Shown one piece after another: positions 25,206-33,774 of a stretch of 64,000 bases of DNA. A program made the translations under genes and the position numbers. The notes beneath the pieces were generated by a model that had not been told where the DNA came from, made no database searches, and saw nothing but the letters and a program-made list of their open reading frames with translations. The stretch comes from SAR202 cluster bacterium bin16 (GTDB lineage Bacteria; Chloroflexota; Dehalococcoidia; Lucifugimonadales; Australimonadaceae), in NCBI GenBank assembly GCA_002238425.1, contig MPMJ01000004.1:37454-101453 (forward strand), given 5' to 3'. Position 1 is the stretch's first letter. Each line of letters starts with the position of its first letter.

Positions 25206-26513
25206 TTACCCCTCCTGCTCTGCCAACTCCTCCTGCAGCAGGTCCTCCGCGTACCGGAGCAGCGTCTGTTCGCGATCATCGGGCGTGGCTTTCGACTGGA
25301 AGTAGCGCCGCAGGGCGTCGAGCGGCTCGATGCGCTCGGCGTCCTCCCAGGGGAGGCGTGTGCGGCGCTCACGCTCGACGCGGCGCTCGATGCCCGCGAC
25401 GTAGAACGCGGAGGCGAGCGCCGCGCGCACGTCGGCTTCCCGGAACGCGGGCTCCTGCTCGGCGCGCATGTCGATGCGCAGACGGACGATGGAGCGCGCA
25501 AGTTCCTCCTCCGGGTGCGCGGCGATGGCCTGGACCGCAGCCTCGGTGGGATTGTCCATGGGACCAGTGGTTACGCGTATCGTGAGCATGGGGCGGGCAG
25601 GGGTCGGCACGAACTCGTAGCCGATGAGGCGCTCGCCCTGCGGTCGGGCGGGGTCTATGTCGGCGACGACGAAGCCCTTGTCCTCGCGCTCCTCGCTGAA
25701 GTCGACGCGTTCGATGCTGCCCGCGTAGACGACCGGCGGATGCTCCGTGAGCACCTGGTGCTTGTGGATGTTGCCGAGCGCGACGTAGTCGAACTGCGGG
25801 ATGGCCACGGTGCCAAGGCTGAGGACGTGGTCGTTCCCCAGCATCATCGACTGCTCGGAGGCGGTCTTCGCTCCGGCGATGTTGACGTGCGCGCAGAGCA
25901 CGGCGGGGACGGCGGGGTCGAGCTTGTCGACCTCTTCCTGGAGGTACGTGACGAGGCCTGTTTCGACCTCCTGCTTGATCTGCTCCAGCGTCTTGCCGCG
26001 CGTCTCCTCGCGGTTCATGAACTGGCCGATGCGTATCCACGGCAGCGCGACGACCTGCACGTCTCCGGCGTTGGTGGGGATGCGGTGCGTGCCGAGGGTC
26101 TGCCCGACCGTTACGTTGGCGACGCTGAGCGTGGGGAAGATCTCGAGCGCGGTGGCGCGGTTGGCGACGTGCGGCAGATCGTGGTTGCCGATGGTGAGGA
26201 ACGTGGGGATGCCCGCTGCGGAGAGCCGTGCGATGCGGCGCGCGAACTCGCGCTGGTGCGTCTGCGTGGGGTTGCGCGCCTTGTAGGCGTCGCCCGCGAA
26301 GAGGACGAGGTCGCAGCCGCCGTCGATGGCGTAGTCGACGGCGTAGTCCATCGCGGCGAGGAAGTCGAGGAGGCGCGTGTTGACGCCGAGGTACTCCGTG
26401 CGGTCGACGTTCGGCGCGAACCAGTCCGGCAGCGCGTCCAGGTCGGCCTGCGAGGCAGGGCGTCCGTACGTCTCGACGCCGACGTGGATGTCGGAGATGT
26501 GGAGGAGGCGCAT
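25206..26513 (-). CDS. sbcD: SbcD/Mre11-like metallophosphoesterase nuclease
   Basis: Carries the calcineurin-like nuclease motifs MRLLHISDIHVG, LVLFAGDAY, TIGNHD and GNIHKHQ. No SbcC-like ATPase gene is adjacent. Confidence 0.8.
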   Translation of the reverse strand: MRLLHISDIHVGVETYGRPASQADLDALPDWFAPNVDRTEYLGVNTRLLDFLAAMDYAVDYAIDGGCDLVLFAGDAYKARNPTQTHQREFARRIARLSAAGIPTFLTIGNHDLPHVANRATALEIFPTLSVANVTVGQTLGTHRIPTNAGDVQVVALPWIRIGQFMNREETRGKTLEQIKQEVETGLVTYLQEEVDKLDPAVPAVLCAHVNIAGAKTASEQSMMLGNDHVLSLGTVAIPQFDYVALGNIHKHQVLTEHPPVVYAGSIERVDFSEEREDKGFVVADIDPARPQGERLIGYEFVPTPARPMLTIRVTTGPMDNPTEAAVQAIAAHPEEELARSIVRLRIDMRAEQEPAFREADVRAALASAFYVAGIERRVERERRTRLPWEDAERIEPLDALRRYFQSKATPDDREQTLLRYAEDLLQEELAEQEG

Positions 26514-26575
26514 GGGGGTATGCTACAACAGGTATACTCACCCCAAGCGCCTTGTCTCGGCGCTTCGGAGGCCGC

Positions 26576-26809
26576 ATGCCGATGAAGTGGCAGGACTACA
26601 TATCCACCGACCCGACGGTGTGCCACGGCAGGGCCTGTATCACCGGTACGCGGGTGATGGTTACGGTCATCCTTGACAGCCTGGCGGAGGGTTTAGAGGC
26701 GGAGGAGATCGTGGCGCACTATCCGTCTGTACCGCGCGAGGGCGTGCAGGCAGCCCTGCTCTATGCCGCCGAGCTGGCGAAGGAACGCGTCGTGCCGCTG
26801 GGCGCATAG
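26576..26809 (+). CDS. DUF433-family antitoxin-like protein
   Basis: DPTVCHGRACITGTRVMVTVILDSLAEGLEAEEIVAHYPSVPREGVQAALLYAAE is the DUF433 pattern. The ORF opens at 26552 and I prefer the ATG at 26576. Confidence 0.7.
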   Translation: MPMKWQDYISTDPTVCHGRACITGTRVMVTVILDSLAEGLEAEEIVAHYPSVPREGVQAALLYAAELAKERVVPLGA

Positions 26810-26821
26810 GGGCGGCGTTCT

Positions 26822-27175
26822 ATGCGAGTGAAGCTTGACGAGAACCTGCCGGTCCAGTTCAAGCGCCTGTTCACTGAATCCGGTCACGAGGCGGACACGG
26901 TTCTCGACGAGAACATGGGCGGCGCAACGGATGCCGAGATTGCGGCCACCTGCCTCGCTGAAGGCCGCGTGCTTGTGACGCAGGACCTCGATTTCGCTGA
27001 CATCAGGGCGTACCCACCCTCGGAGTATCCAGGCATCGTCGTCTTCCGGCTGTCCAGCCAAGGGCGAGGCCAACTCCTCCAGGTCGGCGCCGCCCTTATC
27101 CAGACGTTGGCTAGGTCATCGCCGGCGGGACAGCTCTGGGTAATAGAAGACGCGCGGGTGCGCATCAGGGAGTAG
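26822..27175 (+). CDS. DUF5615 / PIN-like putative toxin
   Basis: MRVKLDENLPVQFKRLFTESGHEADTV...GATDAEIAATCLAEGRVLVTQDLDFADI is the Mut7-C/PIN-like pattern that usually pairs with DUF433. Confidence 0.65.
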   Translation: MRVKLDENLPVQFKRLFTESGHEADTVLDENMGGATDAEIAATCLAEGRVLVTQDLDFADIRAYPPSEYPGIVVFRLSSQGRGQLLQVGAALIQTLARSSPAGQLWVIEDARVRIRE

Positions 27176-27207
27176 CCACTACTTCCTCAGAAGGGGAACA
27201 AGGCTCA

Positions 27208-27558
27208 CTAGTACTCGATCGCCGTCCGTGGTTCGAGTCGTTCGGCGATAGGGTCGACCTTGAAGCCGAGGACCTCCAGTGTCGTCACGCCGATGAGTGG
27301 AATGTCTCCCTCTTCAGCGAGGGTGACGAGGATGGGGCTCCTGATGCCTTCCATCTCGGCGTTCGCGAGGGCCAACTGCCTGACCGTTACACGACCGTCG
27401 GCCAACTCGACTTCCACCTCGCGTACGACCTCCAGGCCGAGCCGTTCACCTAACGATGAGGGAATCTTGGTGAAGGTGGCGCCGCTGTCAACGAGGCACC
27501 GGAGAGTGTCCGACGCGGACGACCCGGAGAGATTGAGGTCTGCGTATGTAGCGCCCAT
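27208..27558 (-). CDS. Retropepsin-like (clan AA) aspartic protease, second copy
   Basis: 116-aa ORF with a LVDSGATFTKIP (DSG) catalytic-type motif and ..IGVTTLEVLGFKVDP near the C-terminus. No small partner gene is adjacent. Confidence 0.7.
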   Translation of the reverse strand: MGATYADLNLSGSSASDTLRCLVDSGATFTKIPSSLGERLGLEVVREVEVELADGRVTVRQLALANAEMEGIRSPILVTLAEEGDIPLIGVTTLEVLGFKVDPIAERLEPRTAIEY

Positions 27559-27567
27559 GCCTCTATC

Positions 27568-28908
27568 CTAAACCCGCGTGCTGCCCATGTCGCGGAGGGC
27601 GGTGCGGAGGGCGTCGGGGAGCTCGGCGATGGGGACGCGGTGCTGCTGCATGGTGTCGCGGTTGCGGATGGTGACGGCGTTGTCGTCCTCGACGGTCTGG
27701 AAGTCGACGGTGACGCAGAGCGGGGTGCCGATCTCGTCCTGGCGGCGGTAGCGCCGGCCGATGGACTGCGCGTCGTCGTACTGGGCGCGGAAGGCGCGGC
27801 GCACCTGCGCGTGCACGTCGCGCGCAGTGGGGGTCAGCTTCACGTTGCGGCTGAGGGGAAGGACGGCCACCTGCGCGGGCGCGATGTCCGGATGGAAGCG
27901 GAGGACTGTGCGCACTTCTTCCTTGCCGTCGCCGGTGGGGGCCATCTCCTCGTCGTAGGCGTCGAACATGAACGTGAGCGCTGCGCGGTCGGCCCCGGCG
28001 GCGGGTTCGATGACGTACGGGAAGTAGTGCTCGTTCGCCTCTTGGTCGAAGTACTTCATCGTCTTGCCGGAGACGGCCTCGTGCTGGCTGAGGTCGAAGT
28101 CGGTGCGATTGGCGATGCCCTCGAGCTCGCCCCAACCCCAGGGGAAGTTGTACTCGACGTCCGCCGTCGCCTTGGCGTAGTGGGCGAGCTCGTCCGGGTC
28201 GTGGTCGCGGAGGCGCAGGTTCTCCTCCTTGATGCCGAGGTCCTTGTACCAGTTGAAGCGCTGCTCTATCCAGTGGCTGTGCCAGTAGTCATCCTCGCCG
28301 GGCTTCACGAAGAACTCCATCTCCATCTGCTCGAACTCGCGCGTGCGGAAGATGAAGTTGCCGGGCGTTATCTCGTTGCGGAACGACTTGCCGATCTGCG
28401 CGATGCCGAACGGCAGCTTGTTGCGCATTGCGGTGAGCACGTTGTCGAAGTTGATGAAGATGCCCTGAGCGGTCTCCGGGCGCAGCCACACCTGGTTCGC
28501 CGAGTCCTCGACCGGTCCGACGAACGTCTTGAACATCAGGTTGAACATGCGTGGGTTGGAGAGCGCCCCGCCGTCGTCCGGGCACTTCGTGGGGTCGTCT
28601 AGGTGGTCTGGGCGGAAGCGCTTGCGGCATTCCGGACACTCAACGAGTGGGTCGGTGAAGTTCTCGGCGTGGCCGCTGGCGACCCACACCTGCGGGTTCT
28701 GGATAATGGCGCTGTCGAGCCCGACGACGTCGTTGCGGTCGTAGACCATCGCGCGCCACCACGCCTCCTTCACGTTGCGTTTCAGTTCGACGCCGAGGGG
28801 GCCGTAGTCCCAACTCGATCCGATGCCCCCGTAGATCTCGCTGGAAGGGAAGACGAACCCGCGCCGCTTGGCGAGGGAGACGAGCTTTGATAGGTCGGGT
28901 GGGGCCAT
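27568..28908 (-). CDS. glyQS: Glycine--tRNA ligase (dimeric alpha2 type)
   Basis: Trimmed to ATG 28906-28908 with ggag upstream. [45 protein letters not shown] and class II motifs ([29 protein letters not shown]) are present. Confidence 0.95.
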   Translation of the reverse strand: MAPPDLSKLVSLAKRRGFVFPSSEIYGGIGSSWDYGPLGVELKRNVKEAWWRAMVYDRNDVVGLDSAIIQNPQVWVASGHAENFTDPLVECPECRKRFRPDHLDDPTKCPDDGGALSNPRMFNLMFKTFVGPVEDSANQVWLRPETAQGIFINFDNVLTAMRNKLPFGIAQIGKSFRNEITPGNFIFRTREFEQMEMEFFVKPGEDDYWHSHWIEQRFNWYKDLGIKEENLRLRDHDPDELAHYAKATADVEYNFPWGWGELEGIANRTDFDLSQHEAVSGKTMKYFDQEANEHYFPYVIEPAAGADRAALTFMFDAYDEEMAPTGDGKEEVRTVLRFHPDIAPAQVAVLPLSRNVKLTPTARDVHAQVRRAFRAQYDDAQSIGRRYRRQDEIGTPLCVTVDFQTVEDDNAVTIRNRDTMQQHRVPIAELPDALRTALRDMGSTRV

Positions 28909-29045
28909 CGGTTCAACTCCTGGGGTACGCGGCGAAGTGGCAGGCGCGCCCGTCAAGTATAGCGGACGCCTGTGCGTGAGCGGGGCAGGGTGAGCGTGCG
29001 CGGGGTGTATAGTGGCGACATCCCCGTGCTCCGAGCGGAGAAGCG

Positions 29046-30437
29046 ATGAGCCCCATAGTGCGTGGGCTGACGATGCTTTACCTGACGACGATCCTGCTCG
29101 GGTTCGCGCACGGGATGCTGCCCCCTATCATCCCGGTCCTTGCGAACGAGTTCCACATCTCAGGAGGGTTCGCGGCGCAGGTGGTCACCGCCTTCACCGC
29201 GGGGCGGCTGATCGGCCAGCCGGTCGGCGGAACGCTGATCGACAAGTTCGGCACGAAGCCGGCGGTCATCGGTGGGCCAATCATCATCGGAATCTCGGTA
29301 TCGATCGGTATCGTGACGCCGTGGTTCTGGCCGTTGCTCTTGGGGCTGTTCGTTGCGGGCGCCGCGGACAGCGTCTGGATGCTGGGACGTGAGGTTGCAG
29401 GCGTGGACCTGGTGAAGGCGAACCAGCGCGGACGGCTCATGAGCGGGTTCATGGGTTTCCACGGCGTGGGAATGGGACTCGGGGCGTGGCTGGGCGGGAC
29501 CGTGGGCGAGGAGATGGGCGCAACGGTCGTGTTCGGCATCTACACCGCTATCGCGGCGTTCGTCTTCTTCATCAGCGTGCTCATCCCCAGCGCCGACCGG
29601 CCGAAGGCCGCTCCTGCCGCAAGGCTCCCGGTCGAGGACGTCAGGGAAGGGAGCCAACTGGACCGCGTGCGCAACCTCTATCTGCAGATCGACCCGCGCC
29701 TCAGGGCGACGTACATCGTGCTGGTGTTCGCGACGGCGAGCATGATGCTCTACCGCATGGCGTACCAGGCCATCCTGCCCCTGCACATGGACGAGATCGG
29801 GCTGGACCCCAGCCAGATCGGCGAACTCTTCGCCGTCGTTGCCATCGGCTCGCTGGTGATGATCGTGCCGGCGGGGTTCGTTGTGGACAAGATCGGGCGG
29901 AAGTGGGCGACCGTGCCGAGCACGGCGATACCCGGCATCGCCTTCCTGTTCATCCCGTTCACGGGCGACATGGGGCCGCTCATCGCGATAGCCGTGCTCA
30001 TGGGCTTCTCGAACGGACTGTCACTGGGGTCGGTCGCCACGTCCACGTACGACGTCGCGCCGGATGCGATACGCGCGCGGCTGCAGGCGGCGCGGCGGAC
30101 GGTCGCGGAGGTGGGCGCCATCACGGGCCCGCTGCTCGGCGGGTTCATCGCGGTGCAGTTCGGAGCGGGTACTGCATTCTTCGTGTACGCGCCGGTGTTG
30201 CTCCTGGCTGCGATACTGTTGCTGTTCGTCGCCCGCGAGACGCTCGTGAAGGTCTCGGCCGCCGCAGCGTCCCTCGGGAACGGAGAACCCGTCTCCGGCC
30301 TCGCGCTCCTGAAGTCGATTCCGGTGCTGCTCATCGGCGCTGCGCTGCTGGTGTTCGTCGCGCGGAGCAGGCGGACGAAGCGTCTGACGGATGAGGGTTC
30401 CCGCGACCGCAGCGCCGCAGGTGCGGACCGCTCGTGA
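29046..30437 (+). CDS. MFS transporter
   Basis: 463-aa ORF with about 12 predicted hydrophobic helices and the MFS loop motif [17 protein letters not shown]. Confidence 0.85.
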   Translation: MSPIVRGLTMLYLTTILLGFAHGMLPPIIPVLANEFHISGGFAAQVVTAFTAGRLIGQPVGGTLIDKFGTKPAVIGGPIIIGISVSIGIVTPWFWPLLLGLFVAGAADSVWMLGREVAGVDLVKANQRGRLMSGFMGFHGVGMGLGAWLGGTVGEEMGATVVFGIYTAIAAFVFFISVLIPSADRPKAAPAARLPVEDVREGSQLDRVRNLYLQIDPRLRATYIVLVFATASMMLYRMAYQAILPLHMDEIGLDPSQIGELFAVVAIGSLVMIVPAGFVVDKIGRKWATVPSTAIPGIAFLFIPFTGDMGPLIAIAVLMGFSNGLSLGSVATSTYDVAPDAIRARLQAARRTVAEVGAITGPLLGGFIAVQFGAGTAFFVYAPVLLLAAILLLFVARETLVKVSAAAASLGNGEPVSGLALLKSIPVLLIGAALLVFVARSRRTKRLTDEGSRDRSAAGADRS

Positions 30438-30577
30438 TACGGGGCCTCGCGCAGCGCACGCCGTTCTACTACGGGGGGGTCGGCGCTGGGGCGGGGGTGG
30501 TGCCCGTGGTGGATGCGGGGCCCGGCGCGGGCCACGCCGTTCTACTACGGGTGGGTCGTCGCTGGTGCGGTGCTGAT
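30436..30577 (+). repeat. Direct duplication (about 66 bp, about 80% identical, 75-bp offset) of the 5' end of the second MFS gene
   Basis: Copy 1 is gatacggggcctcgcgcagcgcacgccgttctactacgggggggtcggcgctgg (30436-30500). Copy 2 is gatgcggggcccggcgcgggccacgccgttctactacgggtgggtcgtcgctgg (30511-30577). Confidence 0.7.
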
Positions 30578-31760
30578 GACGATGACGATCAGCGGGGCTG
30601 TCGCCGCCCCGATGTTCAGCGTCTTCATCCCCCGGTGGTCGGACGAGTTCGGCTGGTCGCGCACGGCCATCTCCGGCGCGTTCAGCTTCGGGACGGTCGC
30701 AGCCGCGCTGGCAGGGCCGCTGGTCGGCAGGGCGCTCGACAAGTACGGCGGGCGGTGGGTGATGGGTGGCGGCGGGCTGCTCATGGCGGCCTCGGTTGCG
30801 GGACTGGGGTTCGTGGGGAACCTCGTGGGCCTCTACGCCGCGCTCGTGGTCGCGCGAACGGCGTTGATGAGCATCCAGAACCTGGGCGGGCACACGGTCA
30901 TCGCCAACTGGTTCGTGCAACGGAGGGCGTTCGCGACGGCGGTCGCGGTGAACGGAAGCCGCCTGGGGCTGGGGCTGTGGCCGCTGCTGGGGGCCGCGCT
31001 CATCGCTGTGATGGGCTGGCGGGAGGCGCTGTGGATGGTCGGCGCGCTCATGGCGCTGTTTTCGTTCTTCCCGCTCATCGCCATCGTGTCGCGGCAGCCG
31101 GAGGACGTGGGGCTGTACCCGGACGGGCGTCCACCGCTCCCTGCCCACGAGGCCCAGTCGCGACAGGTGCGTGCCGAGCACCAGTGGCGTCCACGGGAGG
31201 CACTGCATACGCATGCGTTCTGGTTGTTGCTGTTCGCGCACATGGGCGCGATGGTGGCGGGCGGGGGCTACGGCCTGCACCGCATACCGCTCTTCCTCGA
31301 CCGGGGCCTCGCGGAAGGGTGGGTAGGGCCGGTGCTGATGTTCCACGCGGTGGGCATGCTCGTCGGTGGGTTCGTCGCCGCATGGTTCATGGGACGCACG
31401 TCCTACCGCGTCGTCATCGCGGGGTGCATGGCGGGCGCGTCGGCGGCGATGGCGGCTGCAGGTTTCATTCCCCCGGGTGTGCCGATGGCCGTCTTCACGT
31501 TTGCGGAATCGATGGTTTTCGGCGGCGTTTTCGCGATGTTGCCCGTCGTTTACGCCGAATATTTCGGGCGCGACTCGCTTGGAACGATACGAGGTATCGC
31601 GCATCCGGCGGTGGTGGCGTCGAACGCGGTCGGGCCGGTCTTCGCGGGATACGTGTTCGAATCGTCGGGGGCGTACACGATGGCGCTCGTTACCTTCAGC
31701 GTCGTGTTGGGCGTGGGGGCAGTCAGCGCGCTGCTGGCGCGCCGCCCGGTCCTGCGCTGA
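30513..31760 (+). CDS. MFS transporter (second, oxalate/formate-antiporter-like layout)
   Basis: 415-aa ORF with 12 hydrophobic segments and an AGPLVGRALDKYGGR loop motif. Confidence 0.85.
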   Translation: MRGPARATPFYYGWVVAGAVLMTMTISGAVAAPMFSVFIPRWSDEFGWSRTAISGAFSFGTVAAALAGPLVGRALDKYGGRWVMGGGGLLMAASVAGLGFVGNLVGLYAALVVARTALMSIQNLGGHTVIANWFVQRRAFATAVAVNGSRLGLGLWPLLGAALIAVMGWREALWMVGALMALFSFFPLIAIVSRQPEDVGLYPDGRPPLPAHEAQSRQVRAEHQWRPREALHTHAFWLLLFAHMGAMVAGGGYGLHRIPLFLDRGLAEGWVGPVLMFHAVGMLVGGFVAAWFMGRTSYRVVIAGCMAGASAAMAAAGFIPPGVPMAVFTFAESMVFGGVFAMLPVVYAEYFGRDSLGTIRGIAHPAVVASNAVGPVFAGYVFESSGAYTMALVTFSVVLGVGAVSALLARRPVLR

Positions 31761-31821
31761 GGAAGCAGAGCCTGGAAATCGGCGATGTTCGCCATGGGGT
31801 AATCGCAACCAAGTATCAGTT

Positions 31822-31862
31822 TCCGGCACCTTGTTGACACTCGTGCCGGAGAGGTAAACAAT
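31822..31862 (+). promoter_or_regulatory. Candidate sigma70-type promoter (TTGACA-N17-AACAAT) embedded in a perfect 8-bp inverted repeat (tccggcac-N13-gtgccgga)
   Basis: The -35 element is at 31834-31839, between the IR arms at 31822-31829 and 31843-31850. It lies 50-90 nt upstream of the His/Cys-rich gene (RBS aaggagg at 31901). Confidence 0.4.
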
Positions 31863-31912
31863 CTCTCCTGAATCCACGGCTGATTCTGGGAACGAGCACG
31901 CAAGGAGGAAAG

Positions 31913-32176
31913 ATGACCACTCACGTTCACGAGCATGACCACAGCGAAGCGGGTGACCACTGCCACGAGCACGAGGGCGAGCATTGCCATAGCCATGGCG
32001 ATGTGCACTGCCACGAGCACGGCGCGGGCCACTGCCACGTCCACGGCGACGAGGCATGCGCGTCCCTCGGCGGGGGCGAGCAGTTCGACGAGCACGGCGC
32101 CGAGCACTGCCACCAGCACGGCGAGGAGCACTGCGCGGACGCGGACGACCCGCACCACGCACCCCACGCAGCGTAA
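31913..32176 (+). CDS. Small His/Cys-rich metal-binding protein with repeated (D/E)HCH motifs
   Basis: 87 aa: MTTHVHEHDHSEAGDHCHEHEGEHCHSHGDVHCHEHGAGHCHVHGDEAC...EHCHQHGEEHCADADDPHH. Strong RBS. I recognise no family. Confidence 0.7.
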   Translation: MTTHVHEHDHSEAGDHCHEHEGEHCHSHGDVHCHEHGAGHCHVHGDEACASLGGGEQFDEHGAEHCHQHGEEHCADADDPHHAPHAA

Positions 32177-32229
32177 GGTCTCAAGAAGAGTGCTATAGTG
32201 CCGGTTGATAGCCGGTAAGGCAGCTTGGG

Positions 32230-32265
32230 CGGCGGCCTGGGGATACCGGGCCGCCGTCTTTGTGT
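32230..32265 (+). terminator. Stem-loop followed by tctttgtgt (intrinsic-terminator-like / attenuator) between the HCH gene and the CDF gene
   Basis: Stem cggcggcc(ugg)/(cc g)ggccgccg spans 32230-32256 and is followed by a T-rich tail. RBS aaggag at 32267 and GTG at 32283 follow directly. Confidence 0.5.
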
Positions 32266-32282
32266 AAAGGAGCCGTGTCGTT

Positions 32283-33647
32283 GTGACAACTGAACACCGC
32301 CACGAGGATGAGGGCGACGATCACGACGAGCATGAGCATGGCCACGAGGGCCATGACCATGACGCGCACGCCGAGCACGACCATGGCCACGAGGGCCATG
32401 ACCATGATGCGCACGCGGAGCACGACCATGGCCACGAAGGCCACGACCACGACGCGCATGCCGAGCACGACCATGGCCACGAGGGCCACGACCACGACGC
32501 GCACGCCGAGCACGACCATGGCCACGAAGACCACGACCACGACGCGCACGCCGGGCATGACCATGGCCACGAGGGCCACGACCATGATGCGCACGCCGAG
32601 CATGATCACGGCCACGAAGACCACGACCACGACGCGCACGCCGGGCATGAGCATGATGATCACGGGCACGGCGGGCACGACCACCACGGACATGGCCACG
32701 AGGGCCACGACCATGACCACGCCCACGACCTGCGCGGAGCAAGCAAGAAAAGCCTTGTCATCGCCCTGGCGCTAATCTCCAGTTTCATGTTCGTAGAGGT
32801 GGTGGGCGGCGTACTGTCGGGGAGCCTTGCGCTGCTCGCGGATGCGGGCCACATGCTCACGGACGCCGCGGCGATCCTGCTCGCGCTCTTCGCCATGTGG
32901 ATAGCGGAGCGCCCCGCGTCGGTCGAGAGCACGTTCGGCTACTACAGAACCGAAGTGCTTGCCGCGCTGGCCAATACGCTCAGCCTGTGGCTCATAGCGG
33001 GCTGGATATTCTTCGAGGCATACCACCGCATCAGGGATACGCCCGAGGTCGAGGGGCCGCTGCTCCTCGGAGTCGGCGCGGCGGGTCTGGTCGTCAACAT
33101 CCTGGCGGCCTACGTCCTCCACCGCGCGGCGGGCGAGAGCCTGAACGCCGAGGGCGCGTTCCAGCACGTCATGGCGGACCTGTTCGGCTCCATCGGCGTC
33201 GTGGTATCGGGCGTGCTGATCCTCGCGTTCGCGACGAGCCCGGACTCCCCCTGGTTCATCGTCGACCCTATCCTGAGCATCGGCATCGGCCTGCTCATCC
33301 TGCGGAGTTCCTGGGGCCTGTTCATGCGGGTGTTCAACGTGCTCATCGAAGGCACGCCCAAGCACCTGGACATGTACCGCATCTGCAGCGACATGGAAGA
33401 CGTCCCCGGCGTGACCATCATCCACGACGTACACGCCTGGACGATCACTTCCGGGTACGACGCTATGACCGCGCACGTGCTGGTGGACTCCGCCCAACGC
33501 GGCAAGGAGGACGACATGCTCGCCCGGCTGCGTGAGATCGCCTACGGCTACGGCCTCGGCCACGTGACCTTGCAGTTGGAGTACTCCGCCACGGATTGCG
33601 AGGAGAACCACCACGTCGAGCACCTGGTAGCGCGTTCGCGGGCATAA
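32283..33647 (+). CDS. Cation diffusion facilitator (CzcD/ZitB-type) exporter with about 150-aa His-rich N-terminal extension
   Basis: The core from SLVIALALISSFMFVEVVGGVLSGSLALLADAGHMLTD onward shows the CDF TM2 HxxxD and TM5 motifs. The N-terminus consists of HDHGHEGHDHDAHAE repeats. Confidence 0.9.
   Translation: MTTEHRHEDEGDDHDEHEHGHEGHDHDAHAEHDHGHEGHDHDAHAEHDHGHEGHDHDAHAEHDHGHEGHDHDAHAEHDHGHEDHDHDAHAGHDHGHEGHDHDAHAEHDHGHEDHDHDAHAGHEHDDHGHGGHDHHGHGHEGHDHDHAHDLRGASKKSLVIALALISSFMFVEVVGGVLSGSLALLADAGHMLTDAAAILLALFAMWIAERPASVESTFGYYRTEVLAALANTLSLWLIAGWIFFEAYHRIRDTPEVEGPLLLGVGAAGLVVNILAAYVLHRAAGESLNAEGAFQHVMADLFGSIGVVVSGVLILAFATSPDSPWFIVDPILSIGIGLLILRSSWGLFMRVFNVLIEGTPKHLDMYRICSDMEDVPGVTIIHDVHAWTITSGYDAMTAHVLVDSAQRGKEDDMLARLREIAYGYGLGHVTLQLEYSATDCEENHHVEHLVARSRA
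32337..32651 (+). repeat. Seven tandem copies of a 45-bp coding repeat (HDHGHEGHDHDAHAE unit)
   Basis: Unit catggccacgagggccatgaccatgacgcgcacgccgagcacgac starts at 32337, 32382, 32427, 32472, 32517, 32562 and 32607, with a few substitutions per copy. Confidence 0.9.
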
Positions 33648-33668
33648 CGGCTGGGGCAGATACACACG

Positions 33669-33698
33669 GGAGAGGGGGCGCAACAGCGCTCCCTCTTC
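33669..33698 (+). terminator. Long imperfect hairpin after the CDF gene (no U-tract)
   Basis: gggagagggggcgc-aaca-gcgctccctcttc forms about 12 bp including wobble pairs. Confidence 0.35.
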
Positions 33699-33774
33699 AT
33701 GTCCGGCGCCGACAACGCGATGCTCGCTTGCCGTTGCGTTCCCCGCCTCGTAACCTTCCGCTCGGAGGTGGGTT

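Noticed and set aside
31872-31895. ggctgattctggg resembling the conserved 5' end of tmRNA.
   Set aside because: The match is only about 12 nt, with no tRNA-like acceptor or T-arm partner and no tag reading frame. It lies in the 5' UTR of the HCH gene.
30021-32162. 713-aa minus-strand ORF spanning both MFS genes and the metal locus promoter.
   Set aside because: Extremely Arg/Pro/His-rich nonsense composition. It is antisense to two well-supported transporter genes.
32337-32651. Possible CRISPR array, because of regularly spaced repeats.
   Set aside because: The repeats are directly abutting with no spacers, are 45 bp long and in frame, and encode a His-rich peptide inside a CDF gene. No cas genes are present.
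31927-32742. Minus-strand ORFs (31927..32742 and 32193..32726) and the plus-strand out-of-frame ORF 32308..32775, all with striking periodic sequences.
   Set aside because: Their periodicity simply mirrors the 45-bp His-repeat of the CDF gene read in other frames or on the other strand. Only the frame giving the CDF core is credible.
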